From Bythopirellula sp. (GTDB taxonomy: Bacteria > Planctomycetota > Planctomycetia > Pirellulales > Lacipirellulaceae): 64,000 nt of DNA. Below are positions 46,933 through 56,858 of this stretch, piece by piece (the first letter of the stretch is position 1; every line of letters begins with the position of its first letter). Position numbers and translations under genes: made by a program. The stretch is taken from contig OZ244170.1 of assembly GCA_965216565.1 (NCBI GenBank), positions 2,816,001 through 2,880,000 on the forward strand, written 5' to 3'. A model generated the notes under the pieces. That model had not been told where the DNA came from. It saw only the letters and a program-made list of their open reading frames with translations, and ran no database searches.

Positions 46933-48158
46933 AGTTCTATCGTCGATTGTTGTGGACCCTAGCAGGTGTGCTTTGCTTGATTGCTCCCGCGTCGGGCAAG
47001 AATACGCCTGGCATGCAATCGAAACCACCGCAGGATGGGCGAAGCGTCGAAACCAAGCAGGGGTTCATGATTCCCTACGAGCAAACAATCCCTGGCACGG
47101 ACGTAACGTTCGAAATGGTGCCGGTCCCTGCCGGGACGTTCCTGTTGGGAAGCCCACCCGACGAGCCGCATCGAGAAAGCGATGAAGGCCCACAGGTGAA
47201 AGTCGACGTTTCGGCATTCTGGATAGGCAAGTGCGAGGTGACCTGGGCTGAGTATCGGGCGTATATGGATACTTACGATGCCTTCAAAAGGCTGGGGAGC
47301 CTGAGGGGGGATTCGAAAAAACTGCGGGACCTGGCAGCAACCCGCAAGTACCTCGAATCAGAATCGGTCGAGGTCGATGGGGTAACATCGCCCACGCCGC
47401 TCTACGATCCAAGCTTTACCTACTACCCAGGAGAAGATCCCGAACAACCTGCCGTCACGATGACGCAGTTCGCCGCTAAGCAATACACGAAGTGGCTGAG
47501 TGGGATTACGGGCGAACAGTATCGTCTACCCACCGAAGCTGAGTGGGAATTTGCCGCGCGGGCAGGTTCGAATGCTGCCTTTTGTTTCGGTAACGATGTC
47601 AGTGAATTGTCACACTATGCCTGGTACGAGGAAAACTCCGACGACGAAACCCACCCCGTCGGAAAAAAGAAGCCCAATGCCTGGGGACTGTTCGACATGC
47701 ATGGAAACGCAGCCGAATGGGTATTGGATGAGTACCGCAAGGAGCATTACGCCAAGCTGGACCAAAACGGCGTCACATCCAGTTCGGCGGTCGCATGGCC
47801 CGAGAAGCTATTTCCGCGTGTCATTCGCGGTGGCTGTTGGTTCGATGGCTCGGCACCCTGTCGCTCCGCAGCACGCCATCAATCGGACGATCCGAACTGG
47901 AATCTGTCGGATCCCAACATCCCCAAGAGCCCCTGGTGGTTTACGGAAGATCCCTCCACGGGCGTGGGACTGCGCATCGTGCGGCCACTAGATCCCATGG
48001 ACGAGGCCACCTGCAAGAAGGTTTGGGATGCGGATATTGAATGGATCGAGCAGGATATCGCCGACCGGTTGGACGAAGGTCGCGGAACGATCAGGGGTGC
48101 TGACAAACGGCTTCCAGCGGCTATCTCAGAACTGGAAGCAGCCGGGCTAATTGATTAG
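46929..48158 (+). CDS. Secreted FGE-sulfatase/SUMF1-domain protein
   Basis: RLPTEAEWEFAARAG, PNAWGLFDMHGNAAEW, RVIRGG, GLRIVR; ATGA overlap with fhcB. Confidence 0.88.
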   Translation: MKFYRRLLWTLAGVLCLIAPASGKNTPGMQSKPPQDGRSVETKQGFMIPYEQTIPGTDVTFEMVPVPAGTFLLGSPPDEPHRESDEGPQVKVDVSAFWIGKCEVTWAEYRAYMDTYDAFKRLGSLRGDSKKLRDLAATRKYLESESVEVDGVTSPTPLYDPSFTYYPGEDPEQPAVTMTQFAAKQYTKWLSGITGEQYRLPTEAEWEFAARAGSNAAFCFGNDVSELSHYAWYEENSDDETHPVGKKKPNAWGLFDMHGNAAEWVLDEYRKEHYAKLDQNGVTSSSAVAWPEKLFPRVIRGGCWFDGSAPCRSAARHQSDDPNWNLSDPNIPKSPWWFTEDPSTGVGLRIVRPLDPMDEATCKKVWDADIEWIEQDIADRLDEGRGTIRGADKRLPAAISELEAAGLID

Positions 48159-48218
48159 CAGAGAATCGCCAGATAGACTCTTAATCGGGATACGACACTT
48201 TAATCACATGAGACTACG

Positions 48219-49610
48219 ATGAGCACAGAAAACGACCGCCCTCTGAATGGCACTGCTGATTCTCAATCTCGCCGTCAGTTTCTGGGCAAGACTTCGGCAC
48301 TAGCGGCAAGCGGTGCCGCGATTTCTCTAGCGATGGACATCCCGGCTAATGCTTTTGTGTCTGGCAGCGACGAGATCAAGATTGCTCTCATCGGTTGCGG
48401 GGGCCGGGGCAGTCTGGCGGCGACCCAGGCACTGCGGACCCCAGGCAAAGTCACCTTGTGGGCGATGGCAGATGCCTTTTCCAAACGAATCGAAGAATCA
48501 CAGAAAAAAATCCGCCGCTCGTTGGATCGCGAAGGAATGGGCCAGTCGGATCACAAGCTGGAAGAGGCCATCCAGGTTTCTCCCGAGCGTGAGTTTGCCG
48601 GCCTCGATGCCTATCAGCAAGCGATCGATAGTGGGGTCGATGTGGTGGTGCATGCCACGCCACCCGGCTTTCGGCCTCTGCATGTAGAAGCTGCCATCCA
48701 AGCCGGCAAACATGTTTTCACTGAGAAACCACTTGCCGTGGACGCCCCGGGAGTGCGTCGCCTGCTCGCCGCGGGTGAGCTGGCCAAGGAAAAAGGGCTA
48801 GCTGTAGGCGTCGGCTTGCAACGGCGTCACGAGAAGCCCTATTTAGAGACGATCAAGCGGATTCAAGACGGGGCGATTGGCGATGTCTTGCTTACTCGGG
48901 TGTATTGGAATGGTGGCGGAGTTTGGGTGAGGACCAAGGCCGACTTCAAAAATACCTACGGGCACGAACCCACCGAAATGGAGTACCAGGTCAACAATTG
49001 GTACTACTTCAATTGGCTGTGTGGTGACCACATTGTCGAACAGCATATCCACAATATCGATGTCAGCAACTGGATTAAAGGTGCCTATCCCGCCGAAGCT
49101 AAGGGCATGGGTGGGCGCGAGGTGCGGACCGGCAAACAGTTCGGCCAGATCTTTGATCATCACATGGTGGAGTACACCTATCCGGACGGCAGTACCATGC
49201 TCAGCCAATGCCGGCACCAGAGAGGTTGTTGGAGCCAGGTGGGCGAATTCGCCAACGGCACGAAGGGGAACGCCGACTTACGTGGCAACAAGATCACATC
49301 GCCCAACGGAAATTGGAAATACGAAGGCCCCCCGGTCGACCCATATCAGCAAGAGCATGATGACCTGTTCGCTGCCATCCGCACGGGCCAGCCTTACAAC
49401 GAAATGGAATATGGGGCGAAGAGTACGCTCACGTGCATCATGGGTCGCATGGCAACCTACGGCGGCAAAGTGGTGAAGTGGGACGAAGCGATGAATTCCG
49501 AAATCGATCTGTCACCCGCCAAGTACGACTTCGCCGCCGATCCCCCCGTGCTAGCCGGCGACGACGGTTTCTACCCCGTGCCTGTCCCAGGAAAGACCAA
49601 AGTCGTCTAA
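48219..49610 (+). CDS. Tat-exported Gfo/Idh/MocA oxidoreductase
   Basis: SRRQFL Tat signal, LIGCGGRG, HVFTEKP, EQHIHNIDV. Confidence 0.92.
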   Translation: MSTENDRPLNGTADSQSRRQFLGKTSALAASGAAISLAMDIPANAFVSGSDEIKIALIGCGGRGSLAATQALRTPGKVTLWAMADAFSKRIEESQKKIRRSLDREGMGQSDHKLEEAIQVSPEREFAGLDAYQQAIDSGVDVVVHATPPGFRPLHVEAAIQAGKHVFTEKPLAVDAPGVRRLLAAGELAKEKGLAVGVGLQRRHEKPYLETIKRIQDGAIGDVLLTRVYWNGGGVWVRTKADFKNTYGHEPTEMEYQVNNWYYFNWLCGDHIVEQHIHNIDVSNWIKGAYPAEAKGMGGREVRTGKQFGQIFDHHMVEYTYPDGSTMLSQCRHQRGCWSQVGEFANGTKGNADLRGNKITSPNGNWKYEGPPVDPYQQEHDDLFAAIRTGQPYNEMEYGAKSTLTCIMGRMATYGGKVVKWDEAMNSEIDLSPAKYDFAADPPVLAGDDGFYPVPVPGKTKVV

Positions 49611-49643
49611 CGGCTTGCGTCGTCCTGCATAGATCCCTTGCCC

Positions 49644-50108
49644 ATGCTTCACACAATCGATCACGTGAATCTGGTAGTCCGCGACTTGGCGCAGATGACT
49701 GCGTTCTACGTGGAAGTCTTGGGGCTGAAGGTCACCAAGGAAGTCACGATTTCTGGTGCGTGGATCGATGACGTTGTGGGGCTGGAGGACGTTCAAGCAG
49801 ACGTGGTGTACCTCGATTTGGAAGCGGGACCACGCATCGAACTGATCTATTACCACTGCCCTGAAAGCCCCAATCTCGCGCAGGAAAACACCGCCCACTT
49901 GCCAGGGATTCGTCATCTGGCATTTCGAGTGGACGACATCGACGCCATATTCGAGCGGCTTCGAAACGCCGGAACCGAGTTTCAAAGCGAAGTGAGCTCA
50001 GTTCCCACAACCCAGGTGCAGTATGCGGGCGACGTACGCAAACGGCTCGTCTACTTCCGAGATCCGGAAAACAACATCTTAGAATTGTGTGAGTATCGTT
50101 CCGAATAG
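49644..50108 (+). CDS. VOC/glyoxalase family protein
   Basis: IDHVNLVVRDL..FYVEVLGL, IELI, HLAFRVDD, YFRDPENNILEL. Confidence 0.9.
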   Translation: MLHTIDHVNLVVRDLAQMTAFYVEVLGLKVTKEVTISGAWIDDVVGLEDVQADVVYLDLEAGPRIELIYYHCPESPNLAQENTAHLPGIRHLAFRVDDIDAIFERLRNAGTEFQSEVSSVPTTQVQYAGDVRKRLVYFRDPENNILELCEYRSE

Positions 50109-50122
50109 CGATCGCACTAGAG

Positions 50123-50421
50123 CGACCGAAACTAGGGACTGAGAATCTGCCTGGCCCTCTGATAGACTAAAGCAAGTGCAAAGTTAGCCCTGCCCAAAAC
50201 AGGCCCATTCTTCGTTTTTTTACATCGGCGCCATGTTTTGCAGGGTAAACTCACATCCCTAGCCGAGGGTGGCAACTAGATCTTGTGTGACAAAAAATAA
50301 CGCACACAATTTGAGTTTTCTGGATTTCTCAAATTTGTATCGAGGGTTTTCTTCCTGCACAACATCTTGTGTAGAAATGTGAAGCAATCGGATTCCGAGT
50401 GGCTCAAGAACAGAGGCTTGA
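50123..50421 (+). other. Unannotated ~300-bp dispersed non-coding element, copy 2
   Basis: Reverse-complement homolog of 23779-24068; ACTAGATCTTGTGT and ACAACATCTTGTGT boxes; TTGTGTG..CACACAA hairpin. Confidence 0.75.
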
Positions 50422-50809
50422 CTTTCGACGCGCGATGATTCTAGAGATCACCTTTAGAAATTAACGTAGTTGCAAATCGACTTCGAGCTACCGGCTGAGG
50501 ATCGACGGCCCAACGCGAGATTGATCTGGCGGATGAAGCTAAGCGCAGTTGGCCTGGATTTTATTCTGGCGTGATGACGATGCCACCCCACGCACGAAGC
50601 TTCCAGCCGACTATATATGAATAGGTTCCCAAAATACTTGATTCGCCTTAAAACCAGACCTACAATCTGGGTTAACCGCACATGTGGGTGCATCCGCTTC
50701 GTCCGATAACGGGCAATCATATTCACTCACTCGCGGAGTTTTGGGAACAGAACCGTTCATTCCAAGTTTATCTCAAGGCGTGTGCCTACTCTCTAGAAGG
50801 GACGAGCTA

Positions 50810-51355
50810 ATGAAAACGTCTTTGATGACAATTCTCTTGGTTTGCTCCGTTTCGGCCCAATCAGCCAACGCCGATATCGTGTTTAACGTGGAACCTCGCG
50901 CCTTGGTCGGCGGATACGAAATTGCAGGCGGTACCATCAGGACGGATATGGCAGCCACTACCATCACAGCATGGAATGTCGAGGTGACTGGCCCGGTTCC
51001 TTACACGTTTTCTTCCGCTACATCGCCGGGAGCTGCTCTTAAACTTGGATTTGTTCTCTCACCTACGCAAATAACATTCAATTCCGGTGTGCTTGGATTA
51101 GACGCAGGTTTCGTTGCATCTGACAACACAGATCCTGATTGTTCGAGATGCATGCAGCTCCTTGAATAAAATACCGGTGGCTCTCTCCAATACTTGCATT
51201 TTGACCTCGAAGATCCGACTCCTAGCGCTTTCATAGGTACTGGAATCCCGACAGGATCAATCCTGATAGCCGCGGCCGTTCCAGAGCCGTCGTCTTTCGT
51301 ATTGCTTGCCTTCGCCACTTTCTTCGGCATCGGCAAGCGCGGACAACGAATCTAG
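50810..51355 (+). pseudogene. Small PEP-CTERM protein interrupted by one in-frame TAA (51167-51169)
   Basis: Signal MKTSLMTILLVCSVSAQSANA; after the stop the same frame reads NTGGSLQY...AAAVPEPSSFVLLAFATFFGIGKRGQRI to TAG 51353-51355. Confidence 0.8.
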
Positions 51356-51667
51356 CTGACTTTTTTATTTCTGCCCCCTGTACGGAACGATTTGCACACT
51401 GGATTTTTTTTAAACAGCTAGACGCAGCGTCGCAATTGCGTCGCTGGCGGGAACCACCGAACGAAGCTGCGATCCGCGGCGATCTGCTGTCTGCCACTTC
51501 TGAAGAGAGCGAACTGGGTAAAGTGCGTGTGCCTCAGGTCATGTTCGCCAAGCCAACGCGCAACGACCGTTACAACCGAAACGATCGGCACTCGGCGTGA
51601 GCTATACTTTCTACAGCCGACTCCGGTCTTCTCTTCTTACTCACTCTTCGCTTTCGGGGACAATTCT

Positions 51668-52642
51668 TTGGCCACCGCGACTCAGGATCTCATTTCGTTG
51701 CAGATCGATCGTGAGCTCTCGAAGCTCAACAAGCTGCATAGTTCTCCACAAATTGCCCTGCGTGTGATGGAAATCATGCGTCAGGATGACTACGAGATGA
51801 TTGACGTGGCGGAGTGCCTGGAGAACGATCCGGCGCTGACAGCGTCGATTTTGCGGCTGGTGAACTCTTCGTACTACGGCGCGGTGCAACCGATTACGAG
51901 TTTGTCACATGCATTGAATTATCTCGGTCGACGCAGCGTTCGGCTGGCGGTGCTTAGCTTTGGCTTGGTGAAGTCGATGGTCAGTGGTGCCCCGGCGCGA
52001 CTGCACATGGACTATTGGCGACGTTCGCTCACCATGGCGGCGGCAGCACGTCGCTCGGCATTACTCACCAGCGAGCGAGAGGTTGATCCCGATTCCGCCT
52101 TCACCACCGGGCTCCTAGCCGATCTCGGTATTCTGGCGCTTGCTCAACTTCATACCAACAAGTACGCAACAATCGCGGAGGAGCCTGACCACACATCGCG
52201 ACAAGTGCAATTGGAGCGTGAAGCCTTTGGCTTCGACCACATGGCCGTGGGCGGTCGATTGCTGACCCGGTGGGGCCTGCCCGAGGAGACCATCGAAGCG
52301 GTTTCCAATCACCACGTCTACTTGCCAATCAGTTCCGAACTGAATCATCATCTGGTTGTGGCAACGCTCTTGACCGATGTGTTGTGGAACCCGGCGAGCA
52401 CCTACATGCAACCACTTCGTTATATCTTGCAGAGTCGTCTCCAACTGGACGTAGACGATCTGATTAGCCTGGCGCAAGAAACAAAGAAGTCGGTACAAGA
52501 AAGCATGGTCATCTTTGGTGTGAATTTGAAAATGACCATCGATGTCGAAGCCATCGAAGCCGAGGCCCGCGAGCAATTCGCCCAAGCCGCAATGGACGAA
52601 GACACTTTTCTGGGTGGGTTTGATGCGCTGATTCTGGAGTAG
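51668..52642 (+). CDS. HDOD domain signal-transduction protein
   Basis: DPALTASILRLVNSSYYG, HALNYLG, AFTTGLLADLG, ERE.FGFDH..W.LPE; TTG start with GGGGA upstream. Confidence 0.88.
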   Translation: MATATQDLISLQIDRELSKLNKLHSSPQIALRVMEIMRQDDYEMIDVAECLENDPALTASILRLVNSSYYGAVQPITSLSHALNYLGRRSVRLAVLSFGLVKSMVSGAPARLHMDYWRRSLTMAAAARRSALLTSEREVDPDSAFTTGLLADLGILALAQLHTNKYATIAEEPDHTSRQVQLEREAFGFDHMAVGGRLLTRWGLPEETIEAVSNHHVYLPISSELNHHLVVATLLTDVLWNPASTYMQPLRYILQSRLQLDVDDLISLAQETKKSVQESMVIFGVNLKMTIDVEAIEAEAREQFAQAAMDEDTFLGGFDALILE

Positions 52643-52701
52643 TGCGTGAACTCTAACAGTCGGAAATGCATGATTCACTGACTCGTACGCGCCCTCAATA
52701 A

Positions 52702-52909
52702 TACGCCGAAGGCGTTACATTCCACAGCCTAGGGTTCCGAGCGCAGCGAGCTACCCTAGGACTGAAGGCACTAGAACCGTTGATACCCCAAAGGGGTTTC
52801 ACAAAGAACCACGGAGGTTTAATCCTTTCAGGATATAAGATCTCCAAGCCACTGTTACCCAGGGTGCGCTCCGCGACCCTGGGCTGAGGAATGTAACCGC
52901 TTTGCGGTA
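52702..52909. repeat. Composite REP/BIME-like element between convergent genes
   Basis: End hairpins TACGCCGAAGGCGTTA and TAACCGCTTTGCGGTA; arms GTTACATTCCACAGCCTAGGGT and ACCCTGGGCTGAGGAATGTAAC are inverted matches at 20/22; internal CCCCAAAGGGG hairpin. Confidence 0.8.
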
Positions 52910-52939
52910 CTGTCAGAAAATCGATCGCGAATGAAAACT

Positions 52940-55660
52940 CTATGCGAGTCTCGATCTCCGGCGATAACCGAGCAGGCTCACTGCTGCAAAGCTGGCCAAG
53001 AACGCGGTGCCGGGTTCCGGCACGGAGGTAACCGCGGCTACGAGTGGCACGCCCTGGCCGAATTGTTCCTGCCAGATGAGGAAATCGGTGCCGTCCACTT
53101 GCAGGTCGCCGTTGGCGTCGCCGTGGTAGTGTTCGGCGGAGCCGCTGAGGCCGTAGTTGTTTTCCCAGGCAGCCAGGTCGGCGTTGTCGACGTCGCCGTC
53201 TTCGTCGAAGTCGGCCGCGGCGGGACTGGCTACTTGAATCCAGGCGTTGTAGAACGCGATGCCGAAGCTTGCGCCCATTTCTTCATAGTGCGACAGGGGA
53301 CGATTGTTGCCGAACTCGGCTTCGAAGGTGATATCGACCTCCGCATTGAGAAACGCCTCGGCAAAGTTTGCCGAGGTCCAATTGGAACCCGTGGAATCTG
53401 TATCCAAAATGTGTGGCTGGAGATTCTTCAGTTCCACCCAAAAGTCCGCGAGGTTGTCGCCTTGTTCGTATTCGATGAACCCAAAGTCATCGCCGACGCT
53501 TGCGGGAATGGTCGAGTGGAAATCGATGAATGCGTCGACCACCGAGCCAGGGGTCGCTTGCGTATCAGCAATCATCGCTTCGCCATTGACCTTGATGACC
53601 TGGTCGTCAACCCAGAAGGTGGGGTTCCACTGCCCGTTGGGCTCGACCGTGGGGTTTTCCACGGTGCCCCGGTTGTTGCCGGCAAAGCGACCAGCCGCGT
53701 TCATTGTGGGGTAAGCGAAGATCTCGACGTCTTCTCGAAGGCGTGCCGCCCGGGCGTCGTCGGAAATTAGCCAATTGACCATGGCCTCGAAGGTGTGCGT
53801 GCCGAGCACTTCGCCGGCATGCATGCCGGTGGTGATCACAATCTTGCGTTTGGGCGAGGCCGAGTCGGTCGCCGGGTTTGTAATCCGGTAGGCGTAGACG
53901 TCACGCTTGGGGACGAGTCGGCCGAGGTCGTCGGAGTTAAGGGGTGTCTCGCCGATCACACCGTTGGCGTCGCCCGAGAGGGTCGGCTCGGCCCAGGGCG
54001 AGGCGAGCACCTGGGCGGTATGGGCAGACGAGCGTCCGTACGAGTAGGGCTGGGCATAGGCCACGTAGACTACGTCGTCCGTGAAAGCCGAGTTGTTCGA
54101 AAAGGTGTAGAGATTACCGCTGCGATTGGCGTTATCGAAGAACTCCCAGTTTTCGTTATCGTACGAGTAGACCATCTTGTGATTGGTCAGTGCGCCATTG
54201 CCGCCGGCAAAGGGCTGATCAATAGAAAACTGTGGCTGAGCCCCTTGCAAGCCGGTGCCCTCGAAATACATCCATCGCCAGCGATTGCTGCCGTAGTAAT
54301 TGTCGCGACCAACCAGGTCTATGTTGTTCACATCGCCACTCCAGCTCTGGAGCGAACCATGTTCGAAGTTGCCAGTGAGGTTCAGCACGGCATAGGAAGG
54401 TTGGATGACTCCCGCGGCGAGCGTTAGAGCGAGTACGCTGACCACCACATTGCGAAGCGGAAATACCTGCCTACGGGCCGATCGTCTGGCGAACGTCGCT
54501 GCTAATCCACCCGCTACCAGAAGCAGCAATCCAGCGGGCTCCGGCACCTGGGCGGCGTTACTGGAGGAACCACTGAATGGTCCATCCGTCACGCGAACAT
54601 TATCGAATAGGGCGAATGCCAAATTGGGGTCGGTTCCCTGACTAGAAAAGTAATCGACGATGAACAGACCAATCCCACCCTCCAAGCCAACAGGCCGCTC
54701 CTCGCTGTTGATTCCATCGAAGGGATCGTCGGTGACGCTGTTGTCGATCGTTCCCAGCAAGAAGGAACTTCCCGCGGCATGACTCTTGAGAAAAACTTCG
54801 GCAGTACCAAGATTTCCATTGGTGCCATTGCCTGTGGCGTTGGCATCGACTTCGATCATGACCGTCACCCATTGAAAACCCAAGGCTCCAGCTTGATTGG
54901 TACCAGAACTATTCAGACCACCTGTGGCCGCAGAGATATCGATTGCGGGAAAAAGCGCCGCCAGATCGATGTTGCCGTTGCTATCGGAGTGGTTGTAGCC
55001 GGGCCTGTTTCCTGTGCCGAAGTCACTCTCTGCATACTGCCCGCTATCGAGGTCAAGCCTGGCCCCATCCTTGAGCAGGATGTAGTCGCAAATTCCATCG
55101 TCGGAAGAACTGCAACCCGCGCTGCCATCGCCGCTAAATGTGACACCGGCTCCGTTCTGCGCAGGCGTAAAAGTAAACTGCGCGTCGTCGAGATCAAATC
55201 CAGCCGACACCCCAACATGCTCGGTTGTGCCGGAGGCGTCGTAGTTCATCCAAACATCAACCTCCACCGTGTACTGGTCGTCGAAACTGGCGTCTTCGTA
55301 CACAGCTGCCACCTGGTCGCCCGCCCAACCTCCGGGCAGATTTGCCGCGAGCCGCAGTCCCAGCGTGCTCGCATCGTTGGGATCGCTGTTGGGCGCCTCG
55401 GGAATTCCGTAAGCCGAGTAATCGAAACCAAAGTCGGCCGAACTGATATCGGTGCCGTCTGGTTTGTCGGTTCCCCCGAAGTGGGAGTATTGCCAGCCAG
55501 TGCCGGTGCTGAGATCGTCGGAGAAAAGGACTGTCTGGCCATTGGTTCGTTGCGGACCAAATGACATTAGTAAGATCGTCAGCATACTTAGTGCCAACGA
55601 GACTGATCGACAACGCCTGATCCGAAATGGACTTGTCTGACATAAACTTGATCGAAGCAT
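52940..55660 (-). CDS. 906-aa ORF: PEP-CTERM beta-domain protein fused in frame to a second signal peptide, M14 zinc carboxypeptidase and second PEP-CTERM
   Basis: Internal QVPEPAG-TM-RRSARR then hydrophobic stretch ending SYA; NFEHGSL, HAGE, DFHS and terminal Glu motifs; final VPEPGT-TM-RRRSR. Confidence 0.85.
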   Translation of the reverse strand: MLRSSLCQTSPFRIRRCRSVSLALSMLTILLMSFGPQRTNGQTVLFSDDLSTGTGWQYSHFGGTDKPDGTDISSADFGFDYSAYGIPEAPNSDPNDASTLGLRLAANLPGGWAGDQVAAVYEDASFDDQYTVEVDVWMNYDASGTTEHVGVSAGFDLDDAQFTFTPAQNGAGVTFSGDGSAGCSSSDDGICDYILLKDGARLDLDSGQYAESDFGTGNRPGYNHSDSNGNIDLAALFPAIDISAATGGLNSSGTNQAGALGFQWVTVMIEVDANATGNGTNGNLGTAEVFLKSHAAGSSFLLGTIDNSVTDDPFDGINSEERPVGLEGGIGLFIVDYFSSQGTDPNLAFALFDNVRVTDGPFSGSSSNAAQVPEPAGLLLLVAGGLAATFARRSARRQVFPLRNVVVSVLALTLAAGVIQPSYAVLNLTGNFEHGSLQSWSGDVNNIDLVGRDNYYGSNRWRWMYFEGTGLQGAQPQFSIDQPFAGGNGALTNHKMVYSYDNENWEFFDNANRSGNLYTFSNNSAFTDDVVYVAYAQPYSYGRSSAHTAQVLASPWAEPTLSGDANGVIGETPLNSDDLGRLVPKRDVYAYRITNPATDSASPKRKIVITTGMHAGEVLGTHTFEAMVNWLISDDARAARLREDVEIFAYPTMNAAGRFAGNNRGTVENPTVEPNGQWNPTFWVDDQVIKVNGEAMIADTQATPGSVVDAFIDFHSTIPASVGDDFGFIEYEQGDNLADFWVELKNLQPHILDTDSTGSNWTSANFAEAFLNAEVDITFEAEFGNNRPLSHYEEMGASFGIAFYNAWIQVASPAAADFDEDGDVDNADLAAWENNYGLSGSAEHYHGDANGDLQVDGTDFLIWQEQFGQGVPLVAAVTSVPEPGTAFLASFAAVSLLGYRRRSRLA

Positions 55661-55889
55661 GAGAACCCTCTGGTAGATTCAGCGCACAGAGCGCGACATT
55701 GGCAGGCGATTTTGGTAAGCGCCACTGTTCCGAGTTAGCAGGCAGCTAACTCTAATTTAGTAGCTGAGGGCGATTCCGACAAACAAGCCAGAAAAGAATC
55801 CTCAAGCGAAGGCCCTAGATGGTAGCGTTTTGACCAGATTCACTCACAGGCGAAACGACTATCACTCTTTAGCGCAGTTTCGGCTTCTG

Positions 55890-56858
55890 CTACTTGGCCC
55901 CGGTAAGCTTCACCGCAAACCAACCCGCCAAGGGATCGATCCACCGACGCACGGTGTTGGGTGAGATGAAAGACAGATTGGCAATGATCATGACTAAGCC
56001 AAAGGTGATCATCCCCATAAATAGCGCGATACCGCCGTGGACAAATACGGCCATCCACAGCACCAGCGGTCGGCTGTATCGATTCCAAATCAGGAAACAA
56101 TAGAACAATTCCCAGAAAACCGTGGCATGCGTGGCCAGGGCCACTAGCACAGGCCAGTTGCCAAGCCAGGTCATGTCGAGCGATTGGTACTCGTAGTTGG
56201 CAACCGCCCACCAGACCGCCGTGCCCGCTTGCCAATTCTCGCCGCTGAGTTTTGCCATGCCCGAGAAAAGGTAAATGATACACAAATGTAATTGAATCAA
56301 CCGAATCGCCACGGTCGCCCAGGTGCTGGGTAGCGCGGGCCCCGTATCGCCGCGCCGCAACCGACGAATGCGATCGACCGAGTACCGCGCCCCACACGGG
56401 CCGAGCATCAGGTACATCGCGAGAAGACAGTTGATCTTATCGAGCCCGAAAAACGCGCCTGGGCTGACCCGATGAGCGTAGCTCACTGCAAACAAGAATG
56501 CCAACACCGACATGGGCCGACTGAATAGACCGATCATCAGACAGAAAAAAACAAGCAACGCAATAATGTGAACAGTCCACAGTAGCCAAGTCGATTCGAT
56601 CCAAAAGAACAGACTCCACACCGACCATTCGTTTTGGTGCACTTGCTCGCGGAGATACTCGACCGGCAACCAACCCTGAGGGCCCAGAAAGGCTTCCAAA
56701 TCTAGCGACCACACTAGATGCGTATAAAACAGCATACCCCCGGCTAGCAGACGAATCAGTGACAACGTCGCCGGATCGCTGGGCTTGAACCAGAAACGAT
56801 TCCAAGCGTCCCAAGCATCGACTATGTAGTCTCGCACATCACCGAAGACCGCCTTCAT
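55890..56858 (-). CDS. HTTM-domain membrane protein (SdpB / vitamin-K-dependent carboxylase-like)
   Basis: WNRFWF, TLSLIR, YSVDR, RLIQLHLCIIYLFSGMAKL...WQAG, WELF, FVHGGI; ATGA overlap with the upstream gene. Confidence 0.85.
   Translation of the reverse strand: MKAVFGDVRDYIVDAWDAWNRFWFKPSDPATLSLIRLLAGGMLFYTHLVWSLDLEAFLGPQGWLPVEYLREQVHQNEWSVWSLFFWIESTWLLWTVHIIALLVFFCLMIGLFSRPMSVLAFLFAVSYAHRVSPGAFFGLDKINCLLAMYLMLGPCGARYSVDRIRRLRRGDTGPALPSTWATVAIRLIQLHLCIIYLFSGMAKLSGENWQAGTAVWWAVANYEYQSLDMTWLGNWPVLVALATHATVFWELFYCFLIWNRYSRPLVLWMAVFVHGGIALFMGMITFGLVMIIANLSFISPNTVRRWIDPLAGWFAVKLTGAK

Noticed and set aside
46929..48158. True formylglycine-generating enzyme
   Set aside because: Lacks the closely spaced catalytic Cys pair of FGE (has RGGCWFDGSAPCRS); kept only as a SUMF1-domain protein.
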